From the NCBI GenBank assembly GCA_025464275.1, contig JAODGR010000043.1, positions 1-40,755 on the forward strand: DNA of 40,755 nucleotides, in the 5' to 3' direction. The notes beneath the pieces were generated by a model that saw only the letters and a list, made by a program, of their open reading frames with translations, did no database searches and was not told the origin of the DNA. Of this stretch, positions 23,683 through 31,543 are shown piece after piece; position 1 is the stretch's first letter, and the number at the start of each line of letters is the position of its first letter. The position numbers and the translations under genes were made by a program. This DNA is from Methanosarcinales archaeon. GTDB lineage: Archaea > Halobacteriota > Syntropharchaeia > Alkanophagales > Methanospirareceae.

Positions 23683-24375
23683 ATGGAGATGTGGAGATTT
23701 GTGGTGGGCATCTCTGTATCAGGTATCTGCCTACTGTACTGCATAGCCGGGGTTGTAACACCGCCATACGTAGCACTGGATACGATATCGAACCACGAGA
23801 ACGAAGTTATACGGACAAAGGGGCTTGTCACCGACCTCCACATCCTCTCTGGCGGTGGTATGCTGCTGACCGTGATGGATAACGGGACTGAATTGCCGGT
23901 GTATCTCAGTCTCAGTCCGGGTTCAGGTGGGTGCGATTTAAAGCTCCGGTACGGGGATGAGATAGAACTGGTGGGGAGGGTAGAGCGATACAGGGGAAGC
24001 TATGAGCTCGTGGCATCAGGAGAAGGCGTCAAGATCGAGCACAGTGACCCTGATGCAGGTACAGACGCTGTGTATTTCGTTACACAGGTAGCCAGGTATC
24101 CGGATACTTATAAAGGCAGGCGTATAAGGGTTGTGGGCTATACCTGTGAGGTGTACAGGCGTATTTTTTATCTCTGCAGCGATCACGGTGAAGGCGAAGG
24201 ACCCGGGCACCGGTACCGGATGAAGGTGAGAGTGGAGGATGAGGGTAGGGAGAGGGGGGCATTGCCTGAAGTGGAGGAGGGCGAGAGAATTATAGCAGAT
24301 GGTGTGCTTGTTTATAACCATGAGAATATGCAGTATGAATTGAACCTCATCTCTTTATCTTTAGCCGCTCTGTGA
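23683..24375 (+). CDS. Membrane-anchored protein with two OB-fold-like modules
   Basis: N-terminal TM segment (FVVGISVSGICLLYCIAGVV). Two segments have the OB-like pattern: VIRTKGLVTDLH...GDEIELVGRVERYRGSYELV and RRIRVVGYTCEV...GERIIADGVLVYNHENMQYEL. Confidence 0.45.
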   Translation: MEMWRFVVGISVSGICLLYCIAGVVTPPYVALDTISNHENEVIRTKGLVTDLHILSGGGMLLTVMDNGTELPVYLSLSPGSGGCDLKLRYGDEIELVGRVERYRGSYELVASGEGVKIEHSDPDAGTDAVYFVTQVARYPDTYKGRRIRVVGYTCEVYRRIFYLCSDHGEGEGPGHRYRMKVRVEDEGRERGALPEVEEGERIIADGVLVYNHENMQYELNLISLSLAAL

Positions 24376-24835
24376 GCCATCCAATCCTCTTCACTTCCTC
24401 ATCCTCGTTAAACTCCGGTATACTGGGCTTGATGTCTATCAGGGGTGTACCATCAATGGCATCTATACCTTTAATTCGCAGTACGGTCCCTTTCCTCTCT
24501 ATCAACTTCACAATGGATATCCCTATTGGATTCGGTCTATTCGGCGACCGTGTGGCGAATAAGCCATGTAATTCGGTATCCCAGGGAGTCCTCACGAGCA
24601 GTGAATAGCCATGCGACCTGTGGAGCCAATATAGGATTATGAGGTGCGAGAAGCCTTCAATGTCTTTCAACCCCTCTGCATACTGCTCAAATACTTCTAC
24701 CTCCGCTATTACCTCTGATTTACTTGTCTGGCGTGGACATTCGCTCAAACTCTTATACGGGCTGTGAATCACACCTATGGGAATCACCGTCATCCGGGTC
24801 GCCATGCTTCGCTCTATGTTCTCTCGCGCCATCAT
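24347..24835 (-). CDS. TsaA/YaeB (TrmO) family SAM-dependent methyltransferase
   Basis: IGVIHSPYK, FSHLIILYWLH, ATRSPNRPNPIGISIVKLIERKGTVLRIKGIDAIDGTPLIDIKP is the signature of the UPF0066/TrmO fold. Confidence 0.8.
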   Translation of the reverse strand: MMARENIERSMATRMTVIPIGVIHSPYKSLSECPRQTSKSEVIAEVEVFEQYAEGLKDIEGFSHLIILYWLHRSHGYSLLVRTPWDTELHGLFATRSPNRPNPIGISIVKLIERKGTVLRIKGIDAIDGTPLIDIKPSIPEFNEDEEVKRIGWLTERLKIKR

Positions 24836-25408
24836 TCATTCAGGGTCTGCTATCGTTGTTGATGCCAGCAGTACACCTATAATCGTCTTGCCGTCCTTCA
24901 ACTTACCACTCTTTATCATACTCAGGAGCTCTTCTGCGGGTATAACCCTGGTCGGGAGTTCGGGCTCGGTTGAAACCCTCTTCAAACCCTCCGCCCTGAA
25001 GATGTGTATCACCTCACTGCTGACACCGGGTGAGGGGAAGAACTCAACCATTTTATCCAGCTTCGATGCCCGGAAACCCGTCTCCTCTATCAATTCACGC
25101 ATTGCACACCCCTCTGGTGATTCTCCAGCCTCTATCGTACCTGCCGGTATCTCCAGGCTCTTGCTCTCCACAGCTTTTCGATACTGCTCCACCAGTAATA
25201 TGCCCTCATCACTCATTGCCACAACAGCTGCAGCACCTGGATGTACCACTATCTCACGTCGCTTTGTCTTCTTACCGGCTCTAACGGTGTCAATCCGGAG
25301 GCGTAAGATTCTACCCTGATATACCTCCTCACTCGCGATGGTCTCCTCTTCCCGGTTCACCTCCTCTTTCACTTCCTCTTTCACTTCCTCCTCTACCACC
25401 ATCATCAC
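24836..25408 (-). CDS. NUDIX hydrolase (ADP-ribose pyrophosphatase-like)
   Basis: NUDIX box region PAGTIEAGESPEGCAMRELIEETGF and the upstream VYQGRILRLRIDTV typical of ADPRase. The N-terminus carries an (EEVK) repeat. Start position is uncertain because the first 80 nt overlap the upstream gene. Confidence 0.8.
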   Translation of the reverse strand: MMMVVEEEVKEEVKEEVNREEETIASEEVYQGRILRLRIDTVRAGKKTKRREIVVHPGAAAVVAMSDEGILLVEQYRKAVESKSLEIPAGTIEAGESPEGCAMRELIEETGFRASKLDKMVEFFPSPGVSSEVIHIFRAEGLKRVSTEPELPTRVIPAEELLSMIKSGKLKDGKTIIGVLLASTTIADPE

Positions 25409-25796
25409 CGACGGAAGCCAGTGCGCCCATGGGGCATGCTCTCACACACACATCACACTTGATACACTTCTCCTCATCCAGGGTAAGCTGCCATGCATGG
25501 TCGAACTTGAAGACCCCGGATGGGCAGACGGAGATACAGGCACCACAATGGATGCATTTATCTTCATCCCATGCAATCACCTTCACCAGTTTATGTACTT
25601 CCACTCCTTTACGCTTGAATAGCTCCACCACACGCTCCACTTTGTCTCGCGGGACATCAATGATGAGTTCACCTCGAACCGCATCCACATATGCACGTTC
25701 TATGTTCATCTTCGCACCGGTCTCAATGATTACCTCTGCCGTATTCGGTACACCATGCAAATGTGGCGGGAATCGCAGTTGTAATTTCATAGCCAC
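25329..25796 (-). CDS. NIL domain / 2x[4Fe-4S] ferredoxin fusion protein
   Basis: The N-terminal 75 aa or so resemble the NIL (MetN C-terminal-like) domain. They are followed by CIHCGACISVCP and CIKCDVCVRACP. The track start is GTG 25796; ATG at 25790 is also possible. Confidence 0.7.
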   Translation of the reverse strand: MAMKLQLRFPPHLHGVPNTAEVIIETGAKMNIERAYVDAVRGELIIDVPRDKVERVVELFKRKGVEVHKLVKVIAWDEDKCIHCGACISVCPSGVFKFDHAWQLTLDEEKCIKCDVCVRACPMGALASVGDDGGRGGSERGSERGGEPGRGDHRE

Positions 25797-25896
25797 TTAC
25801 CTATTCTTTCTATTTCTATTCTTATTCTATTACAATAATACCACATACCTAATTATTAGGCCAAAAATTCCTTTATTGGCATATACGAGATATGAG

Positions 25897-26196
25897 ATGG
25901 TGATGGGCATCGAAGTAGCAGTAACGATAAGATTGAAGCCCGGGGTTGCGGACCCTGAAGGGGAGAACACGAAGAAGGCATTGAATCTACTGGGCTTCTC
26001 CAACGTTCGGGCTGTGAGAACGATGAAGAGGTTTATAATTGAGTTAGAAGGTGGCGCTCATGGCGATACGAGCGCGATAAGGGCTGAGGTGGAAGAGATG
26101 TGTAAGAAACTCCTCGCCAATCCGGTGATTCAGGATTATGAGATAGCGATAGAGGCAGAGACAGAGGCAGAGCCAGAGAAGGGGGTGGAGAGATGA
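25897..26196 (+). CDS. purS: Phosphoribosylformylglycinamidine synthase subunit PurS
   Basis: In-frame ATG at 25897 inside the longer track ORF 25429-26196. VAVTIRLKPGVADPEGENTKKALNLLGF...ELEG...EEMCKKLLANPVIQDYEI is the PurS pattern. The upstream part of the ORF is antisense to the NIL-ferredoxin gene. Confidence 0.8.
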   Translation: MVMGIEVAVTIRLKPGVADPEGENTKKALNLLGFSNVRAVRTMKRFIIELEGGAHGDTSAIRAEVEEMCKKLLANPVIQDYEIAIEAETEAEPEKGVER

Positions 26197-27587
26197 AAGT
26201 AAAAGAGATAGACATAGACCCCTGGAGTGTTGCGGATATAGAAGCAAGGGATTACAGTAGATTATTCGAAGAGTTCGGAATCTCCAGATTCGAACCTTTG
26301 CTGGCGCGAATTGAGGATCCACACCTCTACATGCGCCGCGGTATCATCATGGGACACCGGGGCTATGAAGATGTAGTGGAAGCGATGCACTCGAATGAGA
26401 AGTTCGGCGTGATGAGCGGGTTCATGCCATCCGGGCGGATACACCTCGGTGGTAAGATGGTGATGGACGAGATCATCTGGCACCAGGAGAGGGGTGGTGA
26501 GGCATTCGCATGCATTGCTGATATGGAATCGCATTCGGTCCGTGGTCTTTCATGGGACGCATGCCGGCGGATAGGAGTGAATGAATACATCCTGAGTCTC
26601 ATAGCCCTGGGCTTCGATATAGACCGGGGGCACATATACTTCCAGTCGACTAACAGGGGTTTACGTGACTTCGCATTTGAACTGGGGCAGGAAGTGAACT
26701 TCAGTGAGCTGAGTGCGATCTACGGTTTCCAGGGTGATGTCCATATCTCACACATGATGAGTATCCTGGTGCAGAATGCGGATATACTGCAGCCACAGCT
26801 GCTCGAATACGGTGGTCCAAAACCGGTGGTCATCCCCGTTGGCGTTGACCAGGACCCTCATATACGACTGACCAGGGACATCGCCGCCCGGATGCGACTG
26901 TTCCGTGTGGAGAAGCGATACGACGAGAAGCAGCGCAAGCCATACATAAGCATAAGGGAGAAGCAGGCGAATAAAGGTGCACTGGACGCGGTGGCGGCGC
27001 AGATAGAATATCCAAAGAAGGTATACCAGATGCATATCGATGTGTATATAGATGTGGAGGGTGAGGATGAGGGTGAGGGAGGGAGCGGGGGCGGTAATTC
27101 ATTTGAGACCGCTATGCGTGATATAGATGATATAGTGCGGGCAGTGGAGCTGGAATATGGCGGATATGGCTTCTTCCCACCTGCTGCTACTTATCACAGG
27201 TTCATGCGAGGACTGACCGGTGGTAAGATGTCTTCAAGTATTCCAAATAGCTATATAGCGTTAACAGAGCCACCGGAGGACGCGGCAGCCAAGGTCAGAC
27301 GAGCGAAGACCGGCGGTCGTGCAACAGTGGAGGAGCAGAAGCGGCTGGGTGGGTCACCAGAGGAATGCACGGTCTATGAGCTGTTGATGTTCCACCTGAT
27401 ACCTGAGGACGCATACATAAAGGAGATATTTGAGGAGTGTAAAAACGGCGTACGAACATGCAAGTCATGCAAATCCCAGGCTGCGGAATTGATGTCCTCG
27501 TTCATCAGGAGCCATCAGGAGGAGCGAGCACATGCCAGGGAGATATTGAAGGAACGCGGACTTTATAAGCAGTGGTTAGATGTTTAA
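26193..27587 (+). CDS. trpS: Tryptophanyl-tRNA synthetase (archaeal/eukaryotic type) with an internal insertion
   Basis: Class I motifs are present: PSGRIHLGG (HIGH-like), GVDQDPHIRLTRDIA, KMSSS. About 90 extra residues lie between the DQDP region and KMSSS. The start overlaps the purS stop (ATGA). Confidence 0.8.
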   Translation: MKVKEIDIDPWSVADIEARDYSRLFEEFGISRFEPLLARIEDPHLYMRRGIIMGHRGYEDVVEAMHSNEKFGVMSGFMPSGRIHLGGKMVMDEIIWHQERGGEAFACIADMESHSVRGLSWDACRRIGVNEYILSLIALGFDIDRGHIYFQSTNRGLRDFAFELGQEVNFSELSAIYGFQGDVHISHMMSILVQNADILQPQLLEYGGPKPVVIPVGVDQDPHIRLTRDIAARMRLFRVEKRYDEKQRKPYISIREKQANKGALDAVAAQIEYPKKVYQMHIDVYIDVEGEDEGEGGSGGGNSFETAMRDIDDIVRAVELEYGGYGFFPPAATYHRFMRGLTGGKMSSSIPNSYIALTEPPEDAAAKVRRAKTGGRATVEEQKRLGGSPEECTVYELLMFHLIPEDAYIKEIFEECKNGVRTCKSCKSQAAELMSSFIRSHQEERAHAREILKERGLYKQWLDV

Positions 27588-28650
27588 CTCGAATCGCCAT
27601 CACCACAGTTCTATAAGGGAGGCAGTATTGTATGAGCACCTCAAATCCGGTAAAGTGCGCTGCAAAACCTGCGAACGGTTCTGCGAAATCGCCACCGGTG
27701 AGATGGGATACTGTAAAACCAGGCTGAACATCGGTGGAATACTCTACACCTTAGAATATGGCGATATCTCTTCCATAAGTGCAAATCCAATAGAGAAGAA
27801 GCCATTATTCCACTTCTTCCCCGGTAGCAGGGCATTAACAGTGGGAAGTTATTCCTGCAATTTCTCCTGCCCCTGGTGCCAGAACTGGGAGATCAGTAAA
27901 TCGGTACCGAATCCTGCACGGTCTAATTTCCTACCCCCTGAGGAATTGATGCGCAGGGTAAAGGAAGAGAGATGCATGGGTACCTCTGTATCATTCAATG
28001 AACCCACCCTCATGCTTGAATACTCGCTTGACCTCTTTACACTCGCGAAAGAGAAGGGCTATTACAATACCTATGTGACGAACGGCTACATGAGTGCAGA
28101 AGCGTTAAAGCTGCTGGTGGAGCACGGGTTAGACGCAATGAACGTGGACGTGAAGGGCGATAAGGAAGCGGTGATGAGATACTGTGGTGCAGATGTGGAG
28201 AAGGTGTGGCGTAACATAAGAGAAGCGAAGAGGAGGGGTGTTCATGTTGAGATCACCACCCTCATTATACCTGGCGTGAACGATGATGAAGAATGCGTGA
28301 GGAGCATAGCATCAAGGCTCATAAGAGAGGTCGGTGTGGATACACCATGGCATGTAACGCGTTATTTCCCGGCTTACCGTGCACCTGAATCCGGACTTTA
28401 CCGCAGCAGCACACCTGTTGATATACTGGAACGTGTATGGCGGATAGGGAAGGAGGAGGGTTTGAATTATGTCTATCTTGGTAATGTACCCGGGCATCAC
28501 CTTGAGAACACCTATTGCCCACGTTGTGGTACACTGCTAATCAGGCGATACGGATTTGAGGTGGTCATTTATCGGATAACAGCCACAGGTAAATGCCCCG
28601 GGTGTGGAGCGGATATACCGGTGATATGCGCCACGAACGAACGTGCATAA
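27580..28650 (+). CDS. AmmeMemoRadiSam-system radical SAM enzyme
   Basis: N-terminal CKTCERFCEI..GYCKTR, NPIEKKPLFHFFPGS, and radical SAM CNFSCPWCQNW are characteristic of this PflA-like subfamily. It overlaps the trpS end by 8 nt. Confidence 0.8.
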   Translation: MFNSNRHHHSSIREAVLYEHLKSGKVRCKTCERFCEIATGEMGYCKTRLNIGGILYTLEYGDISSISANPIEKKPLFHFFPGSRALTVGSYSCNFSCPWCQNWEISKSVPNPARSNFLPPEELMRRVKEERCMGTSVSFNEPTLMLEYSLDLFTLAKEKGYYNTYVTNGYMSAEALKLLVEHGLDAMNVDVKGDKEAVMRYCGADVEKVWRNIREAKRRGVHVEITTLIIPGVNDDEECVRSIASRLIREVGVDTPWHVTRYFPAYRAPESGLYRSSTPVDILERVWRIGKEEGLNYVYLGNVPGHHLENTYCPRCGTLLIRRYGFEVVIYRITATGKCPGCGADIPVICATNERA

Positions 28651-28655
28651 AACCA

Positions 28656-29783
28656 TCAAACAGCGGGAGACGTTAGCCCCGACTTCAATCTCGCCTCCTT
28701 CATCAGCCCGTGCAATATCTCCGAGACCTCGTCCATCCTTTGCCTATCCACAGGATACGGCACCCCGTCCTTACCGCCGAAGGCAAATGAGAACTTAACA
28801 GGGTCACGCCAGCTCGGTTTCGCTCCGTATATCAGTTCAGCGACGAGTGCTAAAGCCCGTACCGTTGCAGGTCCAACACCGCGGATACACAGCAGCTCTT
28901 CGAAATCCGATGGCTGATTCTCATATGCTATGCGCAGTGCATCCCAGTTCACATGCCTCGGTAGCTTGAAGCGGGCATCCACAGCCGGAAGCGATTCACA
29001 TGCGGGTGCGGGTGCAATAGCATGGTCATCGAAGTTCAATAGCGTTCTCTGCCCCTTCTTCAGCCTTAAGGTTAAGGCACTCTCCAGCTCCTTATACACA
29101 CGCTTCAATTCCCTGCCCCTTACCAGGTCAACGGAGACCTTACGACATTCCCTGCTCTCCTTCGCCGTCATATTCAGTACACTGGGATGAAGGAATCCGA
29201 TGATACCCTGGTGTGGCTCCTCATCGTAACCACTCACCCTTACGGCGGAGGAGAGCCAGTGGTATCGCCTTGCATACCGATTGCCGGTATTCATACCCTG
29301 CTGTATCACCGCCCATTCGCCCTTCTCGGTGATGACCATCGAGTGATGATACAGGTGGTAACCGTCCTGTATGCAGGTGTTATCCACCTTTGCAGCCATT
29401 CTGCTGGCATATTTCAACTCCTCAATCTTTGTATCACTCAGTCTCAGCTTCGTACCTATATCTTCTATATCAGCGAGCGTGTTCCGTGAAGCCCTGCCCT
29501 TGCCGCCAGCGATGCCAATACCGAACTCCTCAGGGTCTATCACAGATTTTAATACGCCACATACCACCGTGGTGGTGCCGCTGCTGTGCCAGTCGTAAGC
29601 GAGGACACAGGAGAGCGACTGGAACCACAGAGGGTCTGCCAGCTTCTCTATCACCCCACCCACGCCATACTCCTCCACCATCAGACCGAATATGGCATGA
29701 GCCAGCTTCTTCATCCGCTTTACCAGCCAGTAAGGTGCCGAACCACCATGAAGTGGCAGATCCACCACGCCCGCTCGCTTCAT
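28656..29783 (-). CDS. DUF763-like protein with a C-terminal helix-hairpin-helix motif
   Basis: N-terminal DLPLHGGSAPYWLVKRMKKLA and DWHSSGTTTV match my recollection of DUF763. LLCIRGVGPATVRALALVAELIYG is an HhH motif. The start is 1 nt after the rpl15e stop codon. Confidence 0.55.
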   Translation of the reverse strand: MKRAGVVDLPLHGGSAPYWLVKRMKKLAHAIFGLMVEEYGVGGVIEKLADPLWFQSLSCVLAYDWHSSGTTTVVCGVLKSVIDPEEFGIGIAGGKGRASRNTLADIEDIGTKLRLSDTKIEELKYASRMAAKVDNTCIQDGYHLYHHSMVITEKGEWAVIQQGMNTGNRYARRYHWLSSAVRVSGYDEEPHQGIIGFLHPSVLNMTAKESRECRKVSVDLVRGRELKRVYKELESALTLRLKKGQRTLLNFDDHAIAPAPACESLPAVDARFKLPRHVNWDALRIAYENQPSDFEELLCIRGVGPATVRALALVAELIYGAKPSWRDPVKFSFAFGGKDGVPYPVDRQRMDEVSEILHGLMKEARLKSGLTSPAV

Positions 29784-29784
29784 T

Positions 29785-30312
29785 TCAAGTGAGAGCTCTA
29801 CCCTTCTTACCGGCAGAGGTCAAACCCCTGAAGACCCTACCCCTGTGCTTATGGTCACAAATCCAGTTGATGGTCTTATCAGCTCTTATCGCCGGGTTTG
29901 CAGGTTCGACCATTATTATCTCGAACCATTTATACTTACCATCCTCAGCTACCCAGTAGGAGTTGAGGACTTCCATATTGGGATATTTACGCGCGGCTCG
30001 CTCCTCTGCAATCCGCTGTAAGCTCTTGCCAGGTGTTATCTTGTGCACACCCATCCGCTTGGGTCTTCTCCCTCTTCTCGGTCTCGATTTCCGCCTGCCA
30101 CCACGTCTAACCTTCGCTCTCACCACAATGAACCCCCTCTTCGCTCTGTATCCGAGAGCGCGGGCGCGATCCAGCCGCGTTGGATGCTCTATCCTCACAA
30201 CTGCCGGCTCTCTACGCCATTTAACCAGCCTCTCACGTCTCAGTTCGCCCACGTACGAATCATCCGGTCTCTTCCATGCCTCACCTATGTATTCATAAAA
30301 TGACTTTACCAT
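29785..30312 (-). CDS. rpl15e: 50S ribosomal protein L15e
   Basis: [92 protein letters not shown]. Confidence 0.95.
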   Translation of the reverse strand: MVKSFYEYIGEAWKRPDDSYVGELRRERLVKWRREPAVVRIEHPTRLDRARALGYRAKRGFIVVRAKVRRGGRRKSRPRRGRRPKRMGVHKITPGKSLQRIAEERAARKYPNMEVLNSYWVAEDGKYKWFEIIMVEPANPAIRADKTINWICDHKHRGRVFRGLTSAGKKGRALT

Positions 30313-30442
30313 CTCTACCTCCTGAAGGTATATGCCCGGTATGATATTAATATATCATATAACAAACCCGAAGCAATTAAATAGAAGATAGAATATAAGG
30401 TAGAAGATATAAGAACCAGATAGCAAATAAAGAATTTAATAA

Positions 30443-30927
<485 letters not shown>

Positions 30928-30973
30928 GATTCATCTTCATATATACTTGATACTTGATACTTGATATTGAGCA

Positions 30974-31059
30974 GCCGAGGTAGCTTAGAGGACAAAAGCG
31001 CCGGCCTTGAGAGCCGGTGTCCCTTAAGGGACACAAGGGTTCGAATCCCTTCCTCGGCG
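30974..31059 (+). tRNA. tRNA-Ser (anticodon UGA)
   Basis: Manual fold. Acceptor GCCGAGG/CCTCGGC; D stem GCTT/AAGC; anticodon stem CCGGC/GCCGG with loop CTTGAGA; long variable arm TGTCCCTTAAGGGACAC (stem GTCCC/GGGAC); T arm AAGGG-TTCGAAT-CCCTT; discriminator G. No encoded CCA. Confidence 0.9.
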
Positions 31060-31068
31060 CTGGGATGA

Positions 31069-31542
31069 ATGAAGGAGGCAAGGGACGTGGACGTGGAAGA
31101 ATGGGATTATGATTATGAGGAGTTGCTGGACCGGGCTTTGAGGCAGTTACCAGAGACTGTAAAGAGCACCGAGTCCCGATTCGTGATACCGCGAGCAAAG
31201 GTCTTCATCGAGGGTAAGACCACAATCTTTGATAATTTCGAGGGGATATGCAATTATATAAACCGTGAACCTGAGTATGTGATGAAATTCCTGCTCAGTG
31301 AACTGGGTACCGCGGGCAAGATAGAGGGTAGCAGAGCGATATTTCAGGGCAGATTCTCACCCAATGAGGTGCAGCATCAAATCCAGCGGTTCATTCATGA
31401 ATACGTACTGTGCTGGGAATGTAAGAAACCGGATACCCACTTCGCCAGGATGGAGCGTGTATGGGTACTGAAATGTGATGCCTGCGGTGCAATACGTCCG
31501 ATAGCGAAGATAAAGGGTGGCGTTAGAAGGGGCAGGAGATAG
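31069..31542 (+). CDS. Translation initiation factor aIF-2 beta subunit
   Basis: YEELLDRALRQLPE, FVIPRAKVFIEGKTTIFDNF, EPEYVMKFLLSELGTAG, and the C-terminal zinc ribbon CWECKKPDT...LKCDACG. Confidence 0.9.
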   Translation: MKEARDVDVEEWDYDYEELLDRALRQLPETVKSTESRFVIPRAKVFIEGKTTIFDNFEGICNYINREPEYVMKFLLSELGTAGKIEGSRAIFQGRFSPNEVQHQIQRFIHEYVLCWECKKPDTHFARMERVWVLKCDACGAIRPIAKIKGGVRRGRR

Positions 31543-31543
31543 C

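Noticed and set aside
25429-25896. N-terminal 156 codons of the track ORF 25429-26196
   Set aside because: This part is antisense to the NIL-ferredoxin gene and crosses an A/T-rich promoter-like spacer. PurS similarity begins only at the in-frame ATG 25897, so the gene was shortened.
26895-27176. TrpRS insertion considered as a mini-intein
   Set aside because: About 90 aa is too short for an intein. The junctions lack the N-terminal Cys/Ser and the C-terminal His-Asn plus Cys/Ser/Thr residues. The segment looks like an ordinary inserted subdomain plus linker.
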